NCBI GenBank assembly: GCA_041613315.1
Contig: JBFJHJ010000001.1
Span: forward strand, 74,152 to 138,151
Source: Gemmatimonadales bacterium
GTDB lineage: Bacteria > Gemmatimonadota > Gemmatimonadetes > Gemmatimonadales > GWC2-71-9
Length of the DNA: 64,000 nt
Direction of reading: 5' to 3'
Each line of letters starts with the position of its first letter. Position 1 is the first letter of the stretch. Position numbers and translations under genes: made by a program. This document shows, piece after piece, positions 22,459 to 31,577 of the stretch. The notes below the pieces were generated by a model. That model did not search any database. It saw only the letters and a list, made by a program, of their open reading frames with translations, and was not told the DNA's origin.

Positions 22459-23106
22459 GTGCGGCATGAGCCTCCCGCCGCGGTCGGGCGTGGACGATTG
22501 CCGCTCGGACTGCTGGTGCTCGGGGCCGGTGCCCTGACGGTCTCCGCGATCGGGCCCTACGATCGCACGACGTGGTGGCTCGAGGTCTTTCCGATTGTGA
22601 TCGGCGTACCGGTGCTCGTCGCCACGTATCGCCGGTTTCCGCTCACGTCCCTCGTGTACGTCCTGCTCTTCCTCCACGCGCTCATCCTCATGCTCGGGGC
22701 GCACTACACGTACGCGAACGTACCGCTCGGGTTCTGGGTGCAGGAACTTTTCGACCTGGGTCGTAATCACTACGACCGGCTGGGGCACGTCGCCCAGGGA
22801 TTCGTGCCGGCGATCCTGGTGCGGGAGATCCTTCTCCGGCGCTCGCCGCTGGTGTCAGGACGCTGGCTGTTCTTCCTTGTCACGGCGACGTGTCTCGCGT
22901 TCAGCGCCTGCTACGAGTTCATCGAATGGTGGGCCGCCCTGTTGGGTGGGGCGTCCGCGGAGGCGTTCCTGGGCACGCAGGGCGACGTGTGGGACACGCA
23001 GTGGGACATGTTCCTGGCGATGTGCGGCGCGATCGCCGCACAGCTCCTGCTCGCGCGCCGGCACGACCGGCAGCTCGCCCGGCTGGCGGCCGCGGGCGCC
23101 GCCTGA
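22459..23106 (+). CDS. DUF2238 (YjdF-like) inner membrane protein
   Basis: TWWLE, GAHYTYA.VP.G, RNHYDRLGH, YEFIEW, FLGTQGDVWDTQWDM. Confidence 0.88.
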   Translation: MRHEPPAAVGRGRLPLGLLVLGAGALTVSAIGPYDRTTWWLEVFPIVIGVPVLVATYRRFPLTSLVYVLLFLHALILMLGAHYTYANVPLGFWVQELFDLGRNHYDRLGHVAQGFVPAILVREILLRRSPLVSGRWLFFLVTATCLAFSACYEFIEWWAALLGGASAEAFLGTQGDVWDTQWDMFLAMCGAIAAQLLLARRHDRQLARLAAAGAA

Positions 23107-23123
23107 GCCGTCCGAGGGTCGGC

Positions 23124-23621
23124 ATGGCGCACCTCGTGATCCGCTTCACGAAGCATCCCGACGGCTCCAACGTTCTCCACTGCGCCCGGCCCGACGGCAC
23201 GGCGGTCTGGCAGCGCCAGGTCGGTGGGTACTTTCCACTCCACGATCTCACGCACTACGTGGTGGAGACGACGCTCGAGCTGGGAGACGCGTTCTTCGGC
23301 CTGCTCGCGCGGGGCTGGACGTTCGCCGACTTCGGCAAGCCGTGGCCGCGTGGGCCGCTGCCGCCGGAGGCGGCCTTCGCGGAATACGTCGTCGGGCTCC
23401 TCCAGGCCGAACGGGCGAGCGGCACCGAGCAGGACGCGGCGGACTTCAACGCGTGGCTGGCCAAGGCACCTGCCGGCGGGGCGCTGCCGACCCCAGTGCT
23501 CACCGACGCGGAACTGGGGCGGATCCGAACGGCCGTGCGCGAGCTGTTCGTCCGCTGGCGCGCTGTGCCGGTCGGGGAGATGCTCGAGCTCACGTTCCCC
23601 GTCGGGGCGCCCCGCCGGTGA
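23124..23621 (+). CDS. hypothetical protein
   Basis: Operon-like spacing; GAGG upstream; 'HDLTHYVVE..L....FFGLLA.GW' looks like a conserved motif. Confidence 0.65.
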   Translation: MAHLVIRFTKHPDGSNVLHCARPDGTAVWQRQVGGYFPLHDLTHYVVETTLELGDAFFGLLARGWTFADFGKPWPRGPLPPEAAFAEYVVGLLQAERASGTEQDAADFNAWLAKAPAGGALPTPVLTDAELGRIRTAVRELFVRWRAVPVGEMLELTFPVGAPRR

Positions 23622-23689
23622 GCGCCATCGCGCAAATCCAGCTGGACCGCCGGTTGGATCGAGCACGGCGGCGCGCTAGACTTGTCGCC

Positions 23690-24238
23690 ATGAGATCCAG
23701 TGATCGCAGGCTCCGCCCGATCCCCGCGGCGCTCGTCCCGCTCGCTCTCACCCTCGCGGCTGCGGCGCCGGTGCAGGCACAGTCGGCGGCCGCCGAGCGC
23801 CTTCCCGAGTGGATCACCGCCGCGGGCGACACCGTGCTGCTCGACCTCACCGTGACGGCGCCGCCCGAGGCGCCCTCGGCCGTGATCAACGGCTACCGTG
23901 ACGGCGCGGCGCAAGTGCGGGTGCCGCTGCATGCCATCGTGCGGTGGACGTGGCGCTCGGTGGACTCGAGCGCGGTGCACAGCCTTGTGGCGATGGTCGA
24001 GCGGGAAAAGCTTCCGGATCGCGCTGGCCGCCCCGCGTTCCGAAATGCTCAGACGCGGTCCGCCAGTCGGGGTCTTCCAGCCGGTCGGGTGGACCACACC
24101 ACGTTCGTGGCGGATCAGCAGGGGTGGTTCTGGCTGCTCTGTGGAGTCCCCGAGCACGCGCTCCGTGGCGAGTGGCTGGGGCTGCGGGTGGATCCTGACG
24201 CGCGCGCGCCCGGCGTCACCTATCGCGCGCCGCGTTAG
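23690..24238 (+). CDS. sulfocyanin/rusticyanin-like cupredoxin, exported
   Basis: Signal peptide (AQA|Q-type); 'NG...G...V.VP', HSL, and C-terminal WLLCGVPEHALRGEW copper loop. Confidence 0.65.
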   Translation: MRSSDRRLRPIPAALVPLALTLAAAAPVQAQSAAAERLPEWITAAGDTVLLDLTVTAPPEAPSAVINGYRDGAAQVRVPLHAIVRWTWRSVDSSAVHSLVAMVEREKLPDRAGRPAFRNAQTRSASRGLPAGRVDHTTFVADQQGWFWLLCGVPEHALRGEWLGLRVDPDARAPGVTYRAPR

Positions 24239-25224
24239 GGGGCGCGGCCCGGCGGCTCGTCGGGTTCGGCCGGGTGCTTGGCGCCGGCCGACCGATCGTC
24301 ACGTGGCGGCTCGTGGGGCGGGGCCAGTGAAGCGCCGCCGGCCGCGCCCGCGGCGCCCACCACCCCCAACAGACTCGGAACGTTGAGCGAGTCGGCGAGC
24401 CCCGACGGGACGACCATCAACGAGCCCCGCTTCACGATGCTCTCGTAGAGCATGTTCATCGCCCGCAGGTTCAGCGCCACGGGGCTCTTGCGGTAACTCT
24501 CCGCCGCCTCGACGAACTTCGAGGCGATCTGGGTCTCCGCGGTGCCCAAGATGATCCGCGCCTGACGCTCGCGCTCCGCCTGCGCCTGCCGCGACATCGC
24601 CTCTTCGAGCGCCTTGGGAATGATCACGTCGCGGATCTCGACCGACTGCACCTGAATCCCCCAGTCATGCATCTTCGTGTCGAGGATCTCCTGCAATCCC
24701 CGGCCCAGCTCCTTGCGCGACTGGATCAGTTCCGCCAAGTCGTGTTTCCCGATCGCGTCCCGCAGCGCGGTCTGCGCCGCGAGGATCACCGCCTGCTCGT
24801 AATTCTGCACTTCCAGCGCTGCCCGCTCGGCGTCGTACACGATCCAGAACGCGATGGCGTCCACGTTGACCGGCACCGTGTCCTTGGTGAGGCACGACTC
24901 GGCGCCGAAGTCGGTGGTGCGGATCCGCTGGTCGATGTGGTACGGCACGCGGTCGAGCACGGGAATGACAACAAAGAACCCGGGACCGCGGAGCCCGCGG
25001 TAGCGCCCGAGCCGCAGCACCACCGCCTTCTCCCACTGGTCGGCGTACTTGATGGCCGCGCCCACGATCAGCCCACCGATGGCCCCGAGGACCGGTGCCA
25101 CCCACGCGAACGCGCCGGGGATGGGCAGCAACAGGAGGAGGCCGGCCAGGCCGAGGCCCGACAGAGCGCCCGACAGGATCGCCGGGAACGGATAGCGCGT
25201 GTCGTTGGGGGAGCTGGTGGTCAC
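24235..25224 (-). CDS. SPFH/stomatin (slipin) family protein
   Basis: QWEKAVVLRLG, LTKDTVPVNVDA, AQTALRD.IG, RQAQAERE; AGGAGG before GTG 25224 (alternative ATG 25290). Confidence 0.9.
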   Translation of the reverse strand: MTTSSPNDTRYPFPAILSGALSGLGLAGLLLLLPIPGAFAWVAPVLGAIGGLIVGAAIKYADQWEKAVVLRLGRYRGLRGPGFFVVIPVLDRVPYHIDQRIRTTDFGAESCLTKDTVPVNVDAIAFWIVYDAERAALEVQNYEQAVILAAQTALRDAIGKHDLAELIQSRKELGRGLQEILDTKMHDWGIQVQSVEIRDVIIPKALEEAMSRQAQAERERQARIILGTAETQIASKFVEAAESYRKSPVALNLRAMNMLYESIVKRGSLMVVPSGLADSLNVPSLLGVVGAAGAAGGASLAPPHEPPRDDRSAGAKHPAEPDEPPGRAP

Positions 25225-25286
25225 ACGGACCTCCTGCGTGGGGCTCGGCCGGGTGCTATGTGTCGGCACGGGTAGATAGGTGGGGC

Positions 25287-25727
25287 TCATGGCGTTGACT
25301 CCGGGGCACCGGCATCACGCGCCGAGGCGCGCAGCGTCGCGAGGACCTCGATGAGCTGGTCGAGGGAAACACCCAGGGCTTCGGCCTGGGTGGCGGCGTC
25401 CCGCGCCAGGCGATCGAGGCGCGCCCGTCGCTCGAGCTCCGACCGATCGGGCTCGGCCAGACAGACGACGGTTCCTTCCCCGGCCCGCGTCGCGAGCACG
25501 CCCAACAACTCGAGCTCCTCATAGGCCCGACCCACCGTGTTCGGGTGGATGCCCAGGTCGATCGCGAGTTGCCGCACGGTGGGGAGGCGCGCCCCGGTGT
25601 CCAAGGTGCCCGTCATGACCTCGACCCAGACCCGATCCACGATCTGCCGGTGCAGCGGCACGCCGCTGCCCAGATCGAGGTACATCGCCAGCCGCGCCGC
25701 GATGTCGGTGCGTCGGTGGTCGAGCAT
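25287..25727 (-). CDS. GntR family (YtrA-type) transcriptional regulator
   Basis: P.HRQI, G.RLPTVRQLA.DLGIHPNTVGRAY.EL; short C-terminal domain. Confidence 0.88.
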   Translation of the reverse strand: MLDHRRTDIAARLAMYLDLGSGVPLHRQIVDRVWVEVMTGTLDTGARLPTVRQLAIDLGIHPNTVGRAYEELELLGVLATRAGEGTVVCLAEPDRSELERRARLDRLARDAATQAEALGVSLDQLIEVLATLRASARDAGAPESTP

Positions 25728-25854
25728 GAGGCCGCTCTCTCCGGGAAGCTCTCCGAAGGATACGAAGAGAGGAGCGCCGGAGCCAGGTGGCGCACCGAGC
25801 CTGTTGGCGGCCTGGCCGGAGGGACGCCACTATTGGGGATCCGATTCGTTCGCG

Positions 25855-26184
25855 ATGGAGGCCACCGTGTCCGGCTCAGGCTATACCTACATCTGGGAGT
25901 ACCGGATCGAGCCGCAGATGGAGGCGGCGTTTTTGGAGTGCTATCGGCCGGCCGGCCGCTGGGCGGAGCTGTTCAGCGGTGCCGAGGGCTATCAGCGGAC
26001 CGATCTACTGCAGGACCTCGACGACCCCACGCGGTACGTCACGGTGGACTACTGGGACTCGGAAGAGGCGTTCCAGGCGTTCAACGAGCGCTTCGGCGCC
26101 GAGTTTCACGAGCTGGACGGACTCTGCGCGCTGCTCACAGTGAGCGAGTCGCCGATGGGACGGTTCCGGACGTTTGCGCCGTAA
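25855..26184 (+). CDS. antibiotic biosynthesis monooxygenase (ABM)-like protein
   Basis: YIWEY.I...F...Y...G.W..LF....GY..T.L, YVTVDYWDS. Confidence 0.7.
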   Translation: MEATVSGSGYTYIWEYRIEPQMEAAFLECYRPAGRWAELFSGAEGYQRTDLLQDLDDPTRYVTVDYWDSEEAFQAFNERFGAEFHELDGLCALLTVSESPMGRFRTFAP

Positions 26185-26250
26185 GGCCATCGCGCGCGGC
26201 GCGAACGGAGCGCCGATATTCGGCCCGTGTGTCAGAAAGGCCAGATCCCC

Positions 26251-26688
26251 ATGCAAACAGTCGTGCTCTCGGTGGTGGTTGGACTGCTGGGCGGCATCGC
26301 GATCGGCTTCCAGAATCCCCTGGCGAGTCTCATGGGCCAACGTCTGGGGATCGTGGAATCCGCCTTCATCATCCACGTGGGCGGCACCCTCGTCGCGGGC
26401 GTGCCGCTCGTGTTGCTCGGCGGCGGCCGAATGGCGCTGTGGCGGACGGTCCCATGGTACGCGCTCGCCGCGGGCGTCCTCGGCGTCACCCTGATCGCCG
26501 CCATCAGCTTCACGATCCCGCGCATCGGTGTCGCTGCCACCGTGGCGCTCGTGGTCGCCGCGCAGCTCGTGGTCGGCGCGTGGTTGGACCACTTCGGCCT
26601 GCTGGAAACCGCGGTGCGGACGCTCGACATTGGGCGGCTCGCCGGGATCGCCTTGCTCTTGGCGGGAGCATGGTTGGTGCTCCGATAG
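26251..26688 (+). CDS. DMT family transporter (YdcZ/DUF606-like)
   Basis: Five hydrophobic helices; Q...., PWY...G.LG, IPRIG, AQL....LDHFG. Confidence 0.85.
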   Translation: MQTVVLSVVVGLLGGIAIGFQNPLASLMGQRLGIVESAFIIHVGGTLVAGVPLVLLGGGRMALWRTVPWYALAAGVLGVTLIAAISFTIPRIGVAATVALVVAAQLVVGAWLDHFGLLETAVRTLDIGRLAGIALLLAGAWLVLR

Positions 26689-26879
26689 CATAGGGACGGT
26701 CGCTTCCGCACCCGGCGCGAGGCGTACGCATCTCGTCCGAGATCTCGATCGCGAGGCCCCGCCGGAAGCGGAGGAGCTGAACGGTCTGGGTGGCGAAAGA
26801 TGGGAGCTCGCCGCCGCGTGGGTTGCCGTCGCACGGACCCCGGGAGACATTCGGAGCCGAGACTGCAGGGGAGGCACCG

Positions 26880-27365
26880 ATGGCACGCGCCGTCCTGCTT
26901 TGCATCGCGCTCGCGCTGGCGGGCTGCCAGCCCCGCGACGTTGCGCTGACGCCCGCCCATTCACGGGCGATGGTCGACAGCGTGCGTGGGATGTTGCAGG
27001 ACTACACCGCGCTGGTCAACGCGCGGCAGTGGGATTCCGTCGTCGGCTACTTCGCCAACGATCCGGGCTTTCGCTGGGTGGAGGACGGGCGCGTCACGTA
27101 CCCATCGTATGATTCCGTCGTCACGACGTTCGGGGCCATCGGGGCCATGATCCGGTCGATCGAGCTCGGTTGGAGCGATGTCGCGGTGACGCCTATCGCG
27201 CCCGGCGCGGCTGCCCTCACCGCCACGTTTCAGGAGACACTCACCGACACGGCCGGCGTGCGGGTGGATCTGCGGGGGATCGTGACCATCGCGCTGCGGC
27301 ACGAGCGCGGCGGCTGGCGGTTCGTCGTCGGTCACGCCTCGAGCCCACAGCACGCGGCGCGGTAG
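26880..27365 (+). CDS. NTF2/SnoaL-like (DUF4440-type) lipoprotein
   Basis: Lipobox LAG|C; C-terminal GGWRFVVGHAS; GGAGG SD. Confidence 0.75.
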   Translation: MARAVLLCIALALAGCQPRDVALTPAHSRAMVDSVRGMLQDYTALVNARQWDSVVGYFANDPGFRWVEDGRVTYPSYDSVVTTFGAIGAMIRSIELGWSDVAVTPIAPGAAALTATFQETLTDTAGVRVDLRGIVTIALRHERGGWRFVVGHASSPQHAAR

Positions 27366-27413
27366 ACGCGTGGGATGCCCGTCTGGCGGTCGTAGCCGGA
27401 AGGAGTGTGTGTG

Positions 27414-28895
27414 ATGAGACGATTCTCGGTCGTCGGCGCCCTCGCGCTGATGCTGGCGGCGGCGCCGGCCGTCGGGCAGTCGGCGCCGGCCGATCGCCCG
27501 GCGGTCGCCTCGATCCTGCGGCTGTTCGAAATCTGGGTCGGCGAGCAGATGGCCTACCACCACCAGCCGGGGCTGTCCATCGGGATCGTGCACGATCAAG
27601 ACGTGATCTGGGCCAAGGGGTTCGGCTATGCCGACGCTGCCCGGAAGACGCCCGCGACGTCGCAAACGGTGTACCGCATCGCATCCATCACGAAGACGTT
27701 CACCGCCACCGCCGTGATGCAGCTCCGCGATGCGGGCCGGCTCCGCCTCGATGACCCCGTCGCGACCCATCTTCCCTGGTTTACCTACCGTGACACCTTC
27801 CCCGACGCCCCGCCGATCACGATTCGGCACCTGCTGACGCACACTTCGGGATTGCCGCGGGAGGCCGACTTCCCGTATTGGACCGACCGGCAGTTTCCGA
27901 CGCGCGAGCAGCTGATCGAAGCGTTCCACGGGCAGGCGAGCGTCTTCGCACCGGAGACCCGGTACAAGTACTCGAACCTGGCGCTGGCCATCGCCGGCGA
28001 GGTCGTGGCGGCCGTGTCGGGCGTTCCCTACGAGGAATACGTGCGGCGCCAGATCCTGGAGCCGCTCGGCATGACGAGCACCTGGGTGCGCTTCGAGGAG
28101 GTCGATCGCGCGCGCCTCGCGACGGGGTACGAGATCGTGAGGGCCGACGGCTCCCAGCGGGTGGCCGGTCCCACCGTTTCCAACGGCCTGACGCCCGCCG
28201 CGAACCTCTCCTCGACAGTCGAGGACCTGGCGCGATTCGTGGCGCTCCAGTTCCGCGACGGTCCGACGGGAGACCGCCAGGTCGTGAACGGGAGCACGCT
28301 CCGGGAGATGCACCGCGTGCACTGGCTCGAACCGGACTGGGACAGCGGCCGCGGGCTCGGCTTCTCGGTGTGGCGGCAAGGCGGGCGGACCCTCGTGGGC
28401 CACGGCGGCTGGGTGGCCGGCTACCGCACGCAGATCGCGTTCGATCCGCGGGCGAAGATCGGCGTCATCGTGCTGACCAACTCCGATGAGGGCGGCCCCG
28501 GGCGGTACGTGAGCCGCGCCTTCGACCTGATCGCTCCCGTGCTCGAAGAGGCCACGCCCCGGCCCGCCGTCGTGGCGCTGCCGGACCGCCCCGAGCGCTA
28601 CGCCGGTCGCTACCACGACCCCTCGGGATGGGAGACCGATGTTCTCGTGCTCGAGGGACGGTTGCGGATGTACGGTCATAGCTACCCGCCGCGAGACAAC
28701 CCGAAGAGCGGGCTCACCGAGCTCACGTGGGTGACCGAGCATGTGTTTCGGATGACCGGCGAGAATGGGAACGGCGAGCTCGTGGTGTTCGAGTTCCGGC
28801 GCGACGGCGCGGTCGCGCGGGTCAAGGTGGGTGCGAATTACGTCTATCCTGTGGGCTGTGGTCGCATCGAACGGCTGCAGTGCACGTGGCGCTGA
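27414..28895 (+). CDS. serine hydrolase, beta-lactamase/AmpC-like family, exported
   Basis: SxxK (ASITK), LLTHTSG, YSN, HGG triad motif; signal peptide. Confidence 0.88.
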   Translation: MRRFSVVGALALMLAAAPAVGQSAPADRPAVASILRLFEIWVGEQMAYHHQPGLSIGIVHDQDVIWAKGFGYADAARKTPATSQTVYRIASITKTFTATAVMQLRDAGRLRLDDPVATHLPWFTYRDTFPDAPPITIRHLLTHTSGLPREADFPYWTDRQFPTREQLIEAFHGQASVFAPETRYKYSNLALAIAGEVVAAVSGVPYEEYVRRQILEPLGMTSTWVRFEEVDRARLATGYEIVRADGSQRVAGPTVSNGLTPAANLSSTVEDLARFVALQFRDGPTGDRQVVNGSTLREMHRVHWLEPDWDSGRGLGFSVWRQGGRTLVGHGGWVAGYRTQIAFDPRAKIGVIVLTNSDEGGPGRYVSRAFDLIAPVLEEATPRPAVVALPDRPERYAGRYHDPSGWETDVLVLEGRLRMYGHSYPPRDNPKSGLTELTWVTEHVFRMTGENGNGELVVFEFRRDGAVARVKVGANYVYPVGCGRIERLQCTWR

Positions 28896-28917
28896 CCCGC
28901 AACGGAGTGAGGACGCG

Positions 28918-29367
28918 ATGTTCTGGAACGCGGTGGCCAAGTACAACGATGCCGGGCTCCTCGTCATCCGCCTCGGTGTCGGGCTGGGCTTCTTCCACTA
29001 CCATGGCTGGCAGAAGCTGATCGGCGGACCCGAGGCGTGGGCCGATCGGGGCCAGGCGATCTCGCTGCTCGGCATCCGATTCGGCTACACGTTCTTCGGC
29101 TTCATGAACGCGTTCGTCGAATCCATCGGAGGCCTGCTCTTCGCCGCGGGACTCTTCTTCCGGCCGCTGTGCGTTCTCATGTGCTTCAACATGCTCGTGG
29201 CCGCGCTGAGCCACTACGTGTCCGGCCGTGGGACGCCGGGTCATGCGGTCAAGAACGCGTTCCTCTTCGCCGGTATCTTCTTTGTCGGTCCCGGCAAGTA
29301 CAGCGTGGACGAGTGGATCGCGCGGCGTCGGCGGGTGCGGGCCGCGGCGCCGCCGCTGGCGGCGTAG
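28918..29367 (+). CDS. DoxX family membrane protein
   Basis: GLLVIRLGVG...HGWQKL, E..GG.L, GPGKYSVD. Confidence 0.85.
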   Translation: MFWNAVAKYNDAGLLVIRLGVGLGFFHYHGWQKLIGGPEAWADRGQAISLLGIRFGYTFFGFMNAFVESIGGLLFAAGLFFRPLCVLMCFNMLVAALSHYVSGRGTPGHAVKNAFLFAGIFFVGPGKYSVDEWIARRRRVRAAAPPLAA

Positions 29368-29577
29368 GCCCAAACACCGGGCGACGTCGGGCCCCAAGGC
29401 ACCCCGATCCGGCGCCTTCGGGGCCGATGGGACCCCCGAACGGCGCATGACCAACGAGCGGCCGGCCTGTGGACATGACGCGGCCGCCCTTCCTCGACGA
29501 CCTCCCAAGACCGCGACCGGCGACAATCGACGCTCTGAGCTCCGCGCGACGGACTGATCACTCCAGACAGAGGAGGC

Positions 29578-30219
29578 ATGGCCGTGCAGATCCTTCCCGA
29601 GGACCTTCTCAAACTGCTCCTGGCGATCATCATCGGCGGACTGATCGGTGGCGAGCGGGAGTTCCGGGACAAAGCCGCGGGCTTCCGCACAATCATCTTC
29701 ATCTGCGCGGGAGCGACGCTGTTCACGATCTTCTCGTGGAAGCTGGGCGGCGGTGACGATCCGGTGCGGATTGCCGCCAACATCGTGACCGGCATCGGCT
29801 TTCTCGGCGCCGGCACGATCTTGCGGGACGGCGGTCGTGTCACGGGGCTGACGACCGCGGCCACGATCTGGTTGGTCGCGTCGCTGGGGATGGGCATCGG
29901 CGGCGGCCACTACCTCTTCGTCGGGGCGGTCACCGTCGCTGTCCTGGCGGTCCTGTGGGTATTCCCGATGCTGGAGGAGCGCATTGACCGGGCGAGGGAA
30001 ACTCGCACGTACGAGGTGCAGTGCGCGCTCCGGCCGGCCAAGTTCAACCAACTCGAAGCGATGTTTCGCGACGCGGGCCTGCGGGTCAGGAGCCACAAGC
30101 AAGTCAAGTCCGGCGAGCGCATGATCTGCGTGTGGGAAGCCCAAGGATCATTGGCGCACCACGACCAGGCGATGCATCACCTGTTCTCGGACCCGGAAGT
30201 CGCGGAGTTTACGTTTTGA
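29578..30219 (+). CDS. MgtC/SapB family protein
   Basis: GGERE..K.AGFRT, RIAANIVTGIGFLGAG, GLTTAATIW; AGGAGG SD. Confidence 0.9.
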   Translation: MAVQILPEDLLKLLLAIIIGGLIGGEREFRDKAAGFRTIIFICAGATLFTIFSWKLGGGDDPVRIAANIVTGIGFLGAGTILRDGGRVTGLTTAATIWLVASLGMGIGGGHYLFVGAVTVAVLAVLWVFPMLEERIDRARETRTYEVQCALRPAKFNQLEAMFRDAGLRVRSHKQVKSGERMICVWEAQGSLAHHDQAMHHLFSDPEVAEFTF

Positions 30220-31430
30220 GCGTGCTCACGACGGGAGACCGGGCGACGCACCCCCTGTGGAGGCGGATCCTGCGTTGGACGGCGTTCGGTGCCGCCGCGT
30301 TGGCCGCGGTGGCGCTCATCGCGTTCCTGACGTGGTTCCCGCGATTCGTGGACCGACGGCTCAACGTTGCTGATCCTGCTGGTCCCTATGCGGCGTCCCC
30401 CGACGCGGAGGCGCTGCACCAGACGCTCCGCGTCGCGGACCTCCACGCCGATCTGCTGCTGTGGACCCGCGATCCGCTGGTGCGGGGCACCTCCGGCCAC
30501 ACCGACGTCCCTCGACTGTTGGCCGGCAACGTGGCGGTGGAGGTCTTCTCGGCGGTGACCAAGGTGCCCTGGGGACTGAACTACGAGCGGAACCCCTCGG
30601 ACTCGGACCTGCTCACCGCCCTGGTGATTGCCCAACGGTGGCCGCCGCGCACCTGGGCGAGCACGCGCGCTCGGGCGCTGTACGAGGCCGCAAAGCTTCA
30701 CGACGCGGCCCGCCGGTCCGACGGCCGCCTCGTCGTCGTCCGATCCTCGGCCGAGCTCGCGGCGTTCCTCGAGCGTCGGCGTGTGGCACCCGCGACGGTT
30801 GCCGGTATCCTCGCCCTCGAGGGGCTCCACGTGCTGGAGGGGGACCCCAGGCATCTCGACCCGTTGTTTGCCGCCGGGTTCCGGATCATGGGGCTCGCGC
30901 ATTTCTTCGACAACGCCGTGGCGGGGTCCGCGCACGGGGAAGCGAAGGGTGGTCTCACGACCGTCGGCCGGGACGTCGTTCGGCGTATGGAGGAACAGCG
31001 CATCCTCGTGGACTTGGCCCACGCGTCACCGGCGGCGATGCGCGACGTCCTCGCGATGACCTCCCGCCCCGTCGTCGTATCGCATACGGGCGTCCAGGCG
31101 ACGTGTCCCGGTCCCCGGAACCTGAGCGACGACCTGCTCCGTGCGGTGGCGCGAACAGGCGGGGTGATCGGGATCGGCTTTTGGGACGGTGCCGTGTGCG
31201 AGACCGACCCGGCATCCATCGCCCGCGCGATCCGCCACGCAGCGGACGTCGCGGGGGTGGACCACGTCGGGCTGGGGTCGGACTTCGATGGCGCGACGCG
31301 GCTGTCGTTCGACGCCACCGGGCTCGTCCAGGTGACGGAAGCCCTCATGGCGGTCGGGTTCACCTCCGACGAGATCCGCCTGATCATGGGGGAGAATGTG
31401 ATCCGGCTCCTCCTCGAGGCGCTCCCGTGA
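30216..31430 (+). CDS. membrane dipeptidase (peptidase M19)
   Basis: DLHAD, LEG.H, DLAHAS, SHTG, RNL.D, GLGSDFDG; N-terminal TM; TTG start overlapping the mgtC stop. Confidence 0.88.
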   Translation: MSVLTTGDRATHPLWRRILRWTAFGAAALAAVALIAFLTWFPRFVDRRLNVADPAGPYAASPDAEALHQTLRVADLHADLLLWTRDPLVRGTSGHTDVPRLLAGNVAVEVFSAVTKVPWGLNYERNPSDSDLLTALVIAQRWPPRTWASTRARALYEAAKLHDAARRSDGRLVVVRSSAELAAFLERRRVAPATVAGILALEGLHVLEGDPRHLDPLFAAGFRIMGLAHFFDNAVAGSAHGEAKGGLTTVGRDVVRRMEEQRILVDLAHASPAAMRDVLAMTSRPVVVSHTGVQATCPGPRNLSDDLLRAVARTGGVIGIGFWDGAVCETDPASIARAIRHAADVAGVDHVGLGSDFDGATRLSFDATGLVQVTEALMAVGFTSDEIRLIMGENVIRLLLEALP

Positions 31431-31577
31431 CCGTCGGCCGATCCCACACCGCGGGCCGCTCCTGTGACATCCGACACACTTTTGGGGCGCAAGACGTCGC
31501 ATATCTTGTGCCGTCCCTTGCCGACGCGTCGGACCCCGGCGCTCGCCGCCCACGGCCTTCGAGAGACCCGAGCGCGC

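Noticed and set aside
26961..28967. Long antisense or alternative-frame ORFs (e.g. 26961-28967, 30461-32635, 39382-41316, 41671-43974)
   Set aside because: Arg/Pro/Gly-rich, motif-free shadows of well-supported genes, expected at this GC content.
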